A stretch of DNA of 64,000 nucleotides from Sporopachydermia quercuum (taxonomy: Eukaryota), in NCBI GenBank assembly GCA_001599295.1, contig BCGN01000001.1, positions 248,001 to 312,000 of the forward strand, written 5' to 3'. The notes beneath the pieces were generated by a model. It did no database searches, had not been told where the DNA came from, and was given only the letters and a program-made list of their open reading frames with translations. Positions 33,018 to 45,689 of the stretch are shown here, in pieces. The position numbers and the translations under genes are program-made. Position 1 is the stretch's first letter. The number at the start of each line of letters is the position of its first letter.

Positions 33018-34262
33018 CGTGCAATTGTATTCCAATTCAATATGAGATTTCAAGTTGAATCAATTATTAGATCGAGCCCTCAACTACTCGTCGTAACTCA
33101 GTTATGGGTGTATAGTGTATGCTAGCTCAAATGTTGATTGTAACAAAGCCTCGTAAGTCAATCAAAATCGTGTGCTGATGTCAAAAATACGTAAGAAGAA
33201 GTACAACGGCAGATAAACATATGATATTCGGAGAGTCCAAGTGATTTTTAATTATAATCAGATCTTCTATAGAGTGTTGCGAAACAACCTTCTTTCTCGT
33301 TGGTGAAGTTCTTCTCTTGACAATGAATCCGTAACAACAAAACTTTGAACAGATTTCAGGCAGCATCAACCAAACATTTATGCTACCCCCAATTCTTATC
33401 GATCCTATTCTTCTTTAGAAGCCTTAGAAGTTCTCCTTGAATTTGAATTGAAGTAACAATCGAAGAAAAGACATAATAATGTGGGCAATCTCTGTGGTAT
33501 GGTTGAAAAAATTCGTAAGATTCAGTATCATGTGATTCTGGAATGATTATGTGAACACAAAACAAGCGTTGTTTACCTCGAAGGTTTGTTTGGTTAAGGA
33601 ACATTTTTCCAGCTCAATAATTGACAGCTGAAAAAGACACAACTTCTTAAAATTGCACTTGAAAAGAAAGAAAGTCAGTTAAAATATTTAGTTCAAAAAG
33701 CGCTTCTAACAAGCCTATAGACAACCGGAGAAGCAAACTAATATAGAACATTGGGATTCGGTTTAATATGCAACTTTATGCATGAAGCAAAAAAAGCGTC
33801 TGGAACATCAAGAAATAGAGGCCGATAAAGATAGGTAATAATATGAGAACTGAACTTATGCAAACTATTTGCACGTAAACTACAGAAAGNTTGCCACTAC
33901 CATTATATTACTTCTCGCTCAAACTAATCTCAATATAAGCTTCACATTCTATACAACTTGTGTAAGTTGATACAATTCGTATAATCTACGCAATTGTTCA
34001 TTCTCTCTATTATACTTTCGTTTTCCAAACCTTAACGCAGCTTAGTCACATGTACAGACGTTTAATACTTCTCCCTCCTATCTTTATTTTTCACTTGGTA
34101 GAGTAATAGTTAACTATCATTCTGCCTATCAAAACATAGAAAGAATAGGTATCTTCTGTTATGGTAAGGCAGTAGCAATATGGATTGAATACATAATAAA
34201 AGAGACCTCTATTATTGCATAAACCCATTTACTCGTATTTACCTTTGCTGCCCTTGTTGACA

Positions 34263-36230
34263 ATGGCCGATTCCGACTCATCAGATGATATGGTAGGACC
34301 AATGATTCCTCCTGTCAAACGAGCAAAGAAAGACAGAGCGAAATCAAAATTAAAATCAAAATCAAAAAGTCACAAAAGGAAAGTGAATGAATCCTTGAGA
34401 GCTCAAAGCTCTTTGAAAGAGAAATTTCCTTCCTGTGAAAGGTACAGATACTCTTATATGCACAGAGCACAGATCGTTCAAACAGTTATCACACCCAAAC
34501 CTGTCTCAGGAAGAGTTATATTGGTCTCAGCATCAAATGATGGAGTATTGAAATTCTGGCGTAAAGCAGAGGTACAAAGTGCTACATCACGAGGCCAAGT
34601 TATTACTGAAGACGAAGCAAATATTTCTTGCGGTAATATTGAGTTCCTCAAACAGTATTCCTTAGGATCTAAAAGAATAAATTATATTACTACTTCACCC
34701 AACGGCTCAAGTCTTGCGGCTTTATGCAGTGATAATACAGTGAAGATTTTTGACTTGGTTGCTTTGGATCTGATAAATGTTATACAACTACAATTCACAC
34801 CTTCTATAGGTTGTTATGGTTCGTATGATAAGGATATACGTTTAGTTATTGCGGAGAAAAACTCTGGCAATATGTATGTTTACGACAATGAAGGTACATT
34901 AATCGATAAAGTTAATAGTATTCACGACACTTCAGAAGTCCAAGATATGGTGTACAACCATTTATTTCAATGTATAATCTCTAGTGACGTTGAAGGTAAT
35001 ATTGAATACTGGACATTAGAACCTGACCATGGGATGCCTAGTGGCGTGTTTGAGTTAAAGATGGATACAGATTTGGTAGAATTTAGAAGAACTCGAAGTA
35101 TTCCTATTTCCATGATTGTTTCTCCTGATGGAATGATGCTAGCTGTTATATCTAAACCAGATTTCTCTGTGAGAGTGTTTAAAGTGAAAACAGGTAAACT
35201 CATGCGAAAGTATGATGAGAGCGTACTGGCACACCAAGAGATGAGAGAGTTTGCGTCTAAAGAAACTACCAAGTCTGACGAGAAAGATTTTGCTAGAAGA
35301 ATAACGTTAGAGAAGGACTTCATCTCTCATGAAGAAATATTATCTAAATTGAATCTTTTTTTTGACGAAACTAATAACTTTTTGGTGTATCCTAGTTTAC
35401 AGGGTATAAAGGTAGTTAATATACATACCAATAAGGTAGTTCAAACGTTGGGACATAATGATAAAATACGATTCGTTAATATCGCTTTATACCAGGGTCT
35501 GACAACGGATAAAGAAATATTGACAGTTGATATGGCTGGGGTTGAAAGCAATGAGCTAATCAACCGTTCATTCAGGGCAGATCCTATTTTGATAGCTACA
35601 GCGTTCTCCTCTCATCGCCTTTACATTTTCACAAGGTTTTCAGGTGACCTAGCGATGATGTTGAAAGATAGAGATGTGATTAACGAGTTAAATGTAGTAA
35701 CTGCAGACTCTGAGCTCGACGGTAGAAGCTCTAGCAAGCTTACAGAAACAGCTAGAAGGTTGAAAGTATCAACAGTAGTACTACATACAACTTTAGGGGA
35801 TATAAAAGTCAAATTATTCCCGGCAGAAGCTCCAATAGCAGTAGAGAATTTTGTTGCTTTGTGTGAGACAAATTACTATGACGATATAATCTTTCATAGG
35901 GTAATCAAGCAATTCATGATTCAAACGGGAGATCCGGAAGGTGACGGTACTGGCGGTGAGAGTATCTGGGGTTCATACTTCAAAGATGAGATTAGTCAGT
36001 TAAAACATGATGTACCATATAGAGTGAGCATGGCAAATGCTGGATCAAATACTAATGGAAGTCAGTTTTTTATAACTACAGAAATGTCTCCATGGTTAGA
36101 TGGTAAGCATACAATATTTGGAACAGTGATAGATGGATTTGATGTAGTGAAGAGCATAGAAATGCTTAAGACTGACAAGAATGATAAGCCATTGAATCCA
36201 CCAAAAGTAATATCAACAACTGTTGGATAA
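34263..36230 (+). CDS. PPWD1: WD40-repeat cyclophilin (PPWD1-type spliceosomal peptidyl-prolyl isomerase)
   Basis: YRYSYMHR, WD repeats, C-terminal cyclophilin motifs FHRVIKQFMIQTGDP, SMANAGSNTNGSQFFIT, WLDGKHTIFG. First ATG at 34263. Confidence 0.93.
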   Translation: MADSDSSDDMVGPMIPPVKRAKKDRAKSKLKSKSKSHKRKVNESLRAQSSLKEKFPSCERYRYSYMHRAQIVQTVITPKPVSGRVILVSASNDGVLKFWRKAEVQSATSRGQVITEDEANISCGNIEFLKQYSLGSKRINYITTSPNGSSLAALCSDNTVKIFDLVALDLINVIQLQFTPSIGCYGSYDKDIRLVIAEKNSGNMYVYDNEGTLIDKVNSIHDTSEVQDMVYNHLFQCIISSDVEGNIEYWTLEPDHGMPSGVFELKMDTDLVEFRRTRSIPISMIVSPDGMMLAVISKPDFSVRVFKVKTGKLMRKYDESVLAHQEMREFASKETTKSDEKDFARRITLEKDFISHEEILSKLNLFFDETNNFLVYPSLQGIKVVNIHTNKVVQTLGHNDKIRFVNIALYQGLTTDKEILTVDMAGVESNELINRSFRADPILIATAFSSHRLYIFTRFSGDLAMMLKDRDVINELNVVTADSELDGRSSSKLTETARRLKVSTVVLHTTLGDIKVKLFPAEAPIAVENFVALCETNYYDDIIFHRVIKQFMIQTGDPEGDGTGGESIWGSYFKDEISQLKHDVPYRVSMANAGSNTNGSQFFITTEMSPWLDGKHTIFGTVIDGFDVVKSIEMLKTDKNDKPLNPPKVISTTVG

Positions 36231-37268
36231 ATGTGTACATTAAAAGAAGAGCTTTGATACGGATAGTATTGTTTGAGTAGCTTTGATTATAGTTAAGCAT
36301 TTGATGGTAGTTAGTCAATAGAATTATCCAAGTTTTACTCATCAACAAAACGAAAAACTTCCTGGTATAACTATTAGCTCGGATTAAAGTTATAGTTTTG
36401 GATTTAGGGTTTAAGTATACTATACAGTAACTTAATTTTTGCATTTTAAATTAAGCGAATGGTGTTTGATCACTAAGAAGATGGCATCATAGATACGGTA
36501 CTTCCTATGAAACAGCGTGAGTACGAAAGTTATTAGATTAATATTTTATTATGAAGTAACTGTTTGGTAAAATAACAAATTAACCTATCTCTAATTTATG
36601 ACTCTGATTGAGTTTGTGCCAAGGAGAAGCTCTCAGGTCCTGTAAACACCGATCCTTTCGCACCTTGCACACAATGGTGTGGCCAGTTCGATCACCTTGC
36701 AATAACATTAACAGCTCCAGTTGTTCAATTAATTTTCTTGTGATATGTTAGATGCTTATTCAACAGGAAGTTGATTCTAACGACTCATTTTGGAAGTTTA
36801 TAATTTAAAGCCTCTTCCCACAAATTTATGTCGATCATTATTCTAGTTTTGTAAATAATGGATATAAATCTTTCAAAGATTATCAATCTGTTTATTTTGT
36901 ATTCCACTATTTATCTTTCAGCTATAAGAATAAATAAATAAATTGTTTCATCTAGAATATCTCGTCTCAATTCTCATTCTGATGTCCAATCTTTTCTAAT
37001 TTCTCAGGTCCTCTCCCTAAGAAAACTGCTGATAATTCACATACTTCGCAGATTTTTTGAATCTACTCACTCAAAACCAGGAACGAAAAGCTTCATGTTT
37101 CCACTTTATCCACCTGTTTCATCTTTGTTTACAACGCCTGCAATATCGGTTCAAAAAAACAAAAAACAAAAAAGTTCTGAAACTATTTATTGTATCTACT
37201 TGTAATTGTTCCCCAGATTCGAACTAGGCTCCAGAACCGCGTTATCTCCTTTACGCCCCGTTTCTTGT

Positions 37269-37276
37269 TTACGTCA
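37269..37276. promoter_or_regulatory. CRE site TTACGTCA upstream of the ATF/CREB gene
   Basis: TTACGTCA 37269-37276, with a near-match TTACGTCT at 37300-37307. Confidence 0.4.
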
Positions 37277-38325
37277 CTAATTAAGGCACGTATTAGACAT
37301 TACGTCTCATCGAATAACAAACTTAGTCACGAGCAGCAAGATATTCGGCATTCCAAAATCCATTTGATCTTCAATATAGGGAACCATAAAATAACCAAAT
37401 TACTCTCAAATTGTGAGCTCATCTGTCACATCTACTTTCTGCTTTCTGCTTTCTTACTACATAGTAATTTATAAGTCTTTCATATTTCCTTCATATCCCA
37501 TTCGCATCCCATTCACAAATCACATTACCTTGCATCTCATGCTGATTATTTGTCCCTAGGTTTTGTACTATTTAATCAAATTATTTCCCCATTAGGCACT
37601 ACAGTTTATGTTTGTTTCACGTAGCCCGAATGCTTCATTTAGAGTTTGAAATGTCTAATTGCGTCATAGAATTTTTTTCTCAGTTTCCAATCCCACCCCA
37701 AGGAGAATACTTGATAATAAGAAGAGTATTCTTTTTATATTATATACTTGCAACTAACTGCTATTATCAGAGCAAAAGCATTACGAGAAATAAGAAATAA
37801 ACCATTAATTATTACATGTTTTGATACCAAGTGTCGACATTGAAGATTTAAGAAGTCGATTGAAGATAACACACGCGTAACATACTTCTTGCTGTTTTGT
37901 TATTTTGAATTGGGTGGACTATTTAAAGGATAGTAAAAATTACTGATATCACCAGACCACAAGTTGATTTATTGTGATTAGTACTACTTACTACTATTAG
38001 CTCATTCTATCAGATATTCATTGAAAGTTTTGTTCTGTTTAGTACAACTGATCAAGCATTATTTCTTGAAAATTCATCCAGAGATCGTTGCAATATTTGT
38101 CTCACTTACTTATTAATGAGATTACAAATTCTTAAAGCTCTCGATACACAAATAATGAATAATTGAGTTGCGCTATATAGTCATTAATGATATCAGGAAC
38201 GAATGGAACTTATGTTTTATCAGCGCCATTACATTTATTTTACAGTTAACGGACTCTCAATAGTATTACTTTACCACTTATACTATATTATCTTAGCCTT
38301 TTAACTGAATTGATCAATACTCGAA

Positions 38326-39891
38326 ATGTCAAACCTCAACCTTGAGCTCAATCCCTTTGAGCAGTCATTTGCTCCTGGTCAGCCTGCTGCTTCTCAAACT
38401 AAATCACAGTCTATTGAAGCACAAGATAGCCTTCGACAAACGCCAAATGATAAACCAGCACCAGATGGAAACAATGGAATGATGAATATACCCATGAGGG
38501 AAATGAACTCTATGGAACCGACAATGCCAATGACTACTGGCGATATGAATCAGCTACCATCAGAGACTGCAGCTGCAAATGCAGCAGCAGGTACGGCAAA
38601 CATACAAGAACCCATGTCTCTTGTGGGAGCGCCGGGAACTGGTAATGCAGCTGATACTACAGGATCTACTACATCACAAGGTCATGCTCCTAAACCAGTG
38701 TTCCCCATGCCTTTGAGCTCAATGCTGTCTCCTGGTAGAAGAAGACAATTGGCGCCCCCTATGATTTCTCCGAGCTTACTATCGCCATCTCCAATTACTC
38801 CTGGTACGTGGTCAGCATTAAGATCCTCAGGAATATTGTCACCGACCGCTACCACAACACCTAATATGAACACGAACCAAGTCCCCGGAGGGAAGATCCA
38901 ACAGTCTGGCGCTGGAATAACATCTACAGGATCCCAAATGCTGTCTCAGTATGCTCCAATGATGAGGAATAAGCCCAATGAATCAAATCTTCGTACAGGA
39001 CTTACTCCTGGAGGTCAATTTCCACCACCGGCAGAATTTTTGGCAGATATGACAAATCAACCATTGTATACCCCAGGATTAAGTGCTTTGCTTAATCTCA
39101 ACACACCTAGCATTAGCATGACAAATGGAAATTCTGGTTCAATTCCTATCAATCCTTCAACAGCAGAACCTGGAATCCAATCGGGACCCACTGGCATTGC
39201 AGTAATGGGTGGGATTCCAATGACTTCTCTTCCTGGGAACATGCCAGGTACCATCAATAATGATAGTGTAACGAGTACAACAGAATCAGCTGCAGCATTA
39301 GTAGGAGGAGGTCCGGTGACAAACCAATTTCGTCCTCCCAAACCTCCATCACAGGTTGATGGCTCTGCGGCGCCATCAGCACCAGCACCAATGCCTGCAC
39401 CATCCCAAGCCACAGTCGATAAGTCCAACAGCAGCAATACGCCGCCACCATATACATCTACAACTAAGAGTGCTCCTCCCCGGAAGAAAGGTCGACCTAG
39501 AAAGAATATCAGCGATCTAGCAAACAATCAACCCCACAAAAAGAGGGCGAAGACAGAAAGCTCCAAAGCAGGTTCTAACGTTTCAGCCAATGAAAACTCT
39601 GATAACATAGGAGATTCTGATATAGATGAAAAACGGAAGAGTTTCCTAGAGCGCAACCGAATAGCTGCTTTGAAATGTCGACAACGGAAGAAACAATGGG
39701 TGAATAACCTACAGAATGAAGTTTCAGCTTATTCGCAGCAGAATCAACAGTTGAAATATCAAGTCACTATGTTGAGAGAACAAGTTATCAATTTAAGATC
39801 CCTCTTGTACCAACATAAAGACTGTCCTGGGTTTATTGAAAGTGTTGGAAGTATAGATGCATATTTGAACAATGGGTTTCCTGATGCTTGA
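38326..39891 (+). CDS. SKO1: ATF/CREB bZIP transcription factor (Sko1/Atf1 family)
   Basis: LELNPFEQSF, LRTGLTPGG, TPGLSALL motifs; bZIP KRKSFLERNRIAALKCRQRKKQW...HKDC; multiple SP/TP MAPK-type sites. Confidence 0.85.
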   Translation: MSNLNLELNPFEQSFAPGQPAASQTKSQSIEAQDSLRQTPNDKPAPDGNNGMMNIPMREMNSMEPTMPMTTGDMNQLPSETAAANAAAGTANIQEPMSLVGAPGTGNAADTTGSTTSQGHAPKPVFPMPLSSMLSPGRRRQLAPPMISPSLLSPSPITPGTWSALRSSGILSPTATTTPNMNTNQVPGGKIQQSGAGITSTGSQMLSQYAPMMRNKPNESNLRTGLTPGGQFPPPAEFLADMTNQPLYTPGLSALLNLNTPSISMTNGNSGSIPINPSTAEPGIQSGPTGIAVMGGIPMTSLPGNMPGTINNDSVTSTTESAAALVGGGPVTNQFRPPKPPSQVDGSAAPSAPAPMPAPSQATVDKSNSSNTPPPYTSTTKSAPPRKKGRPRKNISDLANNQPHKKRAKTESSKAGSNVSANENSDNIGDSDIDEKRKSFLERNRIAALKCRQRKKQWVNNLQNEVSAYSQQNQQLKYQVTMLREQVINLRSLLYQHKDCPGFIESVGSIDAYLNNGFPDA

Positions 39892-40433
39892 AGCTTTGTC
39901 TTATGGAATAAGCAAATAGTGAATGGGTGAATAGATGGGATTGTGAATAGAATGTAGCATAGTAAATTAAAATGAGGTATACAATATTGTTTATGATTGT
40001 TACTACGACCAATGAAATGAAATGATATAGCTCAAAATGAATCTAATTTGAAGATCTAATGGCTTATGGCTCTATTTAACGTTGAGATGCGTCTGAGTTT
40101 TTATGTCAGTTGAAAGGTTGATGCAAATGTGTTATGTGTAGGGGAATTGATAGTTAGTTATTGAACATCCAATGAAATATCAGAGATATATGCTGCAGAG
40201 GAACATATCGAGAATATGAAACGTTGCAATGAAATCATCGAAATAACTCCATTGTAGGCACCCAATGCAAAGTTTCAGGGCAAAACTCCGACAACATGTA
40301 TCCAAATCTTAAATATCCATCCATCATAGGTTTACGTGGCAATGCTTGTATATTCATGTTTAGTGGTTTTTTTTTTTTTTTTTGCGTCTTATCATCTACC
40401 AATACATCTGATACCCTTCAGCCATTCTTTCAT

Positions 40434-41987
40434 TTAGTTAAAACTGTGGAACTTTCGAGGAAGATGGAACTTCACTGACCAAGAGCTACTGCGACTTCTA
40501 TTCTGCAAATTAACTTTATTACTGTTACTTGCCATAACTGAACGTCGGACTCGAGAGAAAGCATCAACAGCATTAGTAGATCTTGTTGGTGACACAGGTT
40601 TCACAATTCCGTTTCCTATAGGTGAAGGTTGAACAACAGCTCTACCAGAATCTGAAACTGTCATGCAGAGCGACAGATTGGACAGTGATTGAGATTTGGC
40701 ATGTCTTCTCACTCTTTTCTGTGAAGATAATGGCATCTGTAGTGATAGATGAGGTAGATGCAATGAGCTCGATGATCGATGATGCAAAGAACTGCCTGTC
40801 GAAGGTGGTTGTCGTGAAAGTGTAGGCAGCTGTGAATGGCTCATACTAGAAGTCAGTCTGGGTTTCAAAGTTTCACGGGCTGAGAATTGAGGAAGGTGAC
40901 TTAAACTGCTCTCTGATTCGTTTTCATCCTCCGAAATATGAATAGGAGATCCAAGTAATGATTGATCTTCAGAATTAGTTTGGTCACCGGCGTCGAATAT
41001 GTCGGTTGGGAATGATAATGTTGATGATGTAGATACAGTGTGATCTAGCTGAGGTTCAAAGTATTGAGGTTCAGATGTAAGCGTGAGTGGTTTTCTAGAT
41101 ATAGGTGCTTGAAAGTAATGAATATTTTCCATATTTTGAGGAATAGGCGGGTCGGGAGTAGGTATTTCAATGAAATCAGAGCCATAGTTCGACTGATCCA
41201 TATATTGTGATGAAATGCTTTCAGGTACAGGATAAATTTCTTGCTCTAAATCTGTAACAACGTACTGTTGAGTGTTATGACTGTCACATGGATCAAACGG
41301 TACAAAAAAGGAATTTGATCCAGGTGCTGATCTATGGCCGTACTGGCTATAATTTTGAACTTCATGGTATATTTGAGGTTGATCATAATGTCTATGTGAA
41401 TGCTGTTGATGCTCATGCAAGGCGCCATGCTCATAATCATTTGAAATTGTTACTTCATTCTCATATAGAATGCTATTCTCATTATCAACCATGGGAGTCC
41501 CAATAAACACTTCTTGATGATTTTTAGTATTCACAGGACCATTCAAACCTTGATGCTTTCTATATACAGGTTGATGGCCAATTCCATCATCATAAACCCC
41601 AACAGATTGATAATCAGCGTTATAATCATTGTTATAATCTCCCTGTGTGTTGATCTCACTATGTGGAGCATCAGCAATCACTTGTTTGGGTTTATTTCTC
41701 CTATAGGTCAACATTAGTTAGAATTCCTGTTTGGGAAATATCTACCCATTATGAGACACAAATTCAAACTTTAATTCGAACTTTGTTTCTGTGGAAAAAC
41801 TTTATGATTCAAAAAGCACTGCAAGAGGCGAGGTAGTAACGAAACACTTCCTATGCAACAGAATAATAAAGATCAGGGCACATAAATATAAAAAAGAAGT
41901 CAATATCCTCAGGTGTTGACTTCTCTGTAGTTGTGGAATAAAAAGGAATAACACTTACTTTGGTATCATGGCATTAACAAAACCCAT
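40434..41987 (-). CDS. Hypothetical disordered protein, 2 exons
   Basis: Exon 1 41987-41959 (MGFVNAMIPK), intron 41958-41701 (GTAAGT...AACTAAT...TAG), exon 2 41700-40434 in frame. Q/H/S-rich, with a possibly conserved C-terminal LCMTVSDSGRAVV...NAVDAF segment. Confidence 0.65.
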
Positions 41988-44900
41988 GACAGAAAAGGTA
42001 ACGATATCAGCAGACCAATCAAAGTACCAAATCAAGTTGATCTTTTATCGAACAATTGAGGTAGAAATGCCTTTAAAATCATAAAATTTAAAATAATATG
42101 AAAGCCTATCCAATTATTAGTGTGATTGCGCTATAAAAGTTTTAAAATAACGGTTTAATAGTAGGAAGAATGCAAGTACTGTTCTGTCCAGTGACTGACT
42201 GATCACAAATCTCAGCCAAAAATCAAGGTGGCCCCTTCTCACAGTGTCAAAATCAAGAGTTGAATTCTTATTGACATTCGTTCGATCAAATGTCGAGTAT
42301 GAAGTAATCTGCCCGATTGGTATATTGAGGGAATCAATCTAATCAAAAAAAACAATCAAAAGGTTCGAAATTCGCGAGTTGTTTTGCATCAAAGGATGTC
42401 CAATCCAATGGCTCCTTTCTTTCTTTCTTACTTCTATTTCTATGAGATTCTTGACCAGGACCAGAAACGTTTTAACAGCTTTTATTCCACACAGTGATAA
42501 AATGCAATGATATGCTACTATCCTCTTAAATTCAGCTTTGCTAATTTTAACAAAATGAATAACTGTTTTCATAATATATTCCTTTGTAATCTCAACATAT
42601 CTAGCAGTAGATTTTTCAAGGAAAGAAGAAAAGGGAGACCATCGATTCTTCAATTTTGTTTTTCCTCATATTTTCACCACTGTTATTTAGCTTCTTACAT
42701 TGTGGGCTATAATAATGCTGGACAGGTACGTAATGGACATTTAGGACAAACTATAACCGGCGTTGGCACCCAAGCTGGGTTTCCCTACAAAGAGATTTTG
42801 AAGAGCATTAGTAAAGTTCGTACTCAATAATCCTAGTTAAGAAAAAGAAAGAAATAGTAGAAGAGCTAAAGAAGTTTCATTCTGGATGAATTTTAGTAAG
42901 ATATTAGTTTCCTTGCTTCCTGGATGTGAATTTGCATTTGATTGATTGATCTAAGCTTTCGGTGATTAATCAAGTTATTCATTGATAACTGACAACGACA
43001 AAAATGTTGATGTAATCATAAAACTCTAAATGTTCAATATGCAAACTATATTATTGTAACCTTATTTATAAAGCCAGAACTATAACTTTATTTCATGCTA
43101 ACCTAGACCGCACCAAGACTTTAGAAGGATGGTTTATCAGAAAGTTCACTAATAGAACAAGTTTGAAAGAAAAAAAACCACATTAAATTTACACTAAATA
43201 GCTGCTATTAAGTTGTTCATATTATTGCAGAACTGATGAGCTAGCTATCGGCTGATGGTGAATGTATATTGTCAATGAGTATAGTAGTTGGGAGGTAATA
43301 ATTTATTGAACAGATTGAGCTAATTTTGAGATTTCTGTTTAAAAAGAGAGTTGAGTTTGGACGGCTATCCAGAATGAAATGAAATATGAATGGAGGTTGA
43401 GGAGGAAATTCACTCTAGAACAATATTACCACCAGTTGTGTTTGATAGCGCTTCTGTCCGAGTGGAAATGATGGATGGAAATATGACAATGCTATACTCT
43501 TATTATAGTAGATACATCACATCATTGCCCTGATTCCGAAATTGCATAATTAATCAATTAAAGAGTAGTTTTCCTATTTATAAATCATCTTAAGCTCATT
43601 TCATTCTACTTGGCTAAACGAGCATTCAGAAATTAATCGGTAATAGAGCCACCACAGGGATATGAAATTAAGAGTAAACCATATATCATTTATCCTGAAT
43701 ACAATGGAAGTCTGTTCCTATTTCGTTAAAGACAAAGGTTTTGATTTTAGATTTGACCTCTTACAAATTAACCGAATTCATGATAATATCACCTCTTAGA
43801 AATCTCATCATCAAACAATCTGTGTCCCTAGTCTCCGTCCGCTATGGATCCCAATCAACTGAGCGTTGACATGTATGTACTTGCCAATAAGACAAAAAGC
43901 TATCTATCAAGTAGTTACAACTTCTGAATTCTATACCGATTCCATCGGTAATCAGATTCAGCAATTAATTCAACATTCATGTTGTACTAGATGGATTATA
44001 TATTTTCTTCCTACTATTGTTTACTCCATAGATCGAATACACTCTAATTTTCAAACTTTTCATTTACATGCCACCCTCAAATGGAGATTTGATGAATAAG
44101 CTCAGATTACTAAACCCGTAAAACTGAACTAATACTTAAACTCAAAGTATAAACATTAAGTTGCAAACCTTATGTTAATTCTTACCCTAACTGTCTGTCT
44201 CTTACTCCCAATTGAGATGTACCGAATCCTTTCATTAGAACAACAGGTCGCTTGATACTTAGTCAATTATTTGATTTCTTCACAACCAACGTATGTATGT
44301 AGGATTTTTTACCGGTATGGAGTATTGATAATGGTGGTGAAGCTATAAAATTGATAAATTAACAGGATAACCAAGTTCCCACTTTTTTCTCACTTTTCTT
44401 TTTAAGGAGGTATTGCTATATAATGCTATTCAATGAAGAAAAAGTTAAGTCTGTCCATGTTATTGGGTGTTAATGGAGATGTCCACACTGATTCCACGTT
44501 CACTGTATCTTGTTAGCCCGAGTTTTATTACTACTCTTGGTACTTCTGGTTATCAATGGAGATATTTATTGCTATCAAAATCATTACACGTCATTTTTTG
44601 TTCCACTTATACAATGGATTTTCCATCACATTGTTTCTTCCTCATCACGTAACCCCATCTGGTCTAGTACTAGACAGTGGAGACAAACTTGAAACTCAAT
44701 CTTCTCTCCCTTAAAACATCGTTTCTTCTAGAATTTGAATCTATTGGTAAGAAGTGAGATAAGCTTGTAGTAAGCTTGGATTGTCAATAAGGAGGTTTGA
44801 AAACTAAACTTATCTTCAGCTGAAGAATTATTTCGTCTAATGAAGAACAACCATTCAAAAAAAATAATAAGCATATCGTCAATTGATATGTCCACCAGAC

Positions 44901-45689
44901 AAAGTGGAGGTCCTCAATAGAATTGGCCGCATACGAGACAATTTGTCCATTTGAACAATTTTCAACTATATAAATAGTTTTATATTATGACGAGAAATAA
45001 TTAAGCAATCGCTGTACATATGTACATAAATCTATTATCAGTTTACGTGGAATGATACTATTTGTCCTATGAACTAAACGCGTTGTCAAATTGAGTCCTA
45101 AATCATTGCATACATATGATTCCAACACTAGTTGCAAATAGAGTAGTAATTAAAATGAAGTTTACCAGCTACCTTTTGACTTAACCCCTTTAGATTATTA
45201 TAACCAAGGACGTTACAAAAACATTATCACTCTATTCTATTCTTTTGCTTCTTTTTCCTGTTGTTTTCAGCATATTATATCGTACTTCGTTGATATGATA
45301 TAAAACATTGTAAAACAGTCTAAGAGAAGAGTAAAAAAGTATTGGCCAAGATTACGCACAGTAAATAGCTATTTAGGAAAATATTCATTCAAACAATGTT
45401 TTCCGGAATTAAAAAGAATTCTCCGGTCTCCTTTTAGGATATTGTAATATTGTTGTTACGGACACGAAAATTTAGAAGTAGTTTAATGACTGACTTAAAC
45501 GGTATGTCTTTCTTATTATCTACCTTTTTGTACAACATAAAACTGTTCACGTTTGATACATAATGCAGAAGCCGTAGTAGTATTCAATTCTAATGCAGTT
45601 GTCTCTATCTCTATATACATACCAGGTTGGCCATTTAANCCTAATTCAACAAAGACTGTTCTAATACAACCCTTACCAAAAGCTGGTTC

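Noticed and set aside
42339..42830. Overlapping 104- and 107-aa ORFs on opposite strands
   Set aside because: No recognisable domain; the GYNNAGQ RCC1-like hint is too short; likely chance ORFs.
44320..44345. SIDNGGE resembling a retrotransposon integrase DNGGE motif
   Set aside because: The frame closes within a few codons; no other pol motifs or LTRs seen.
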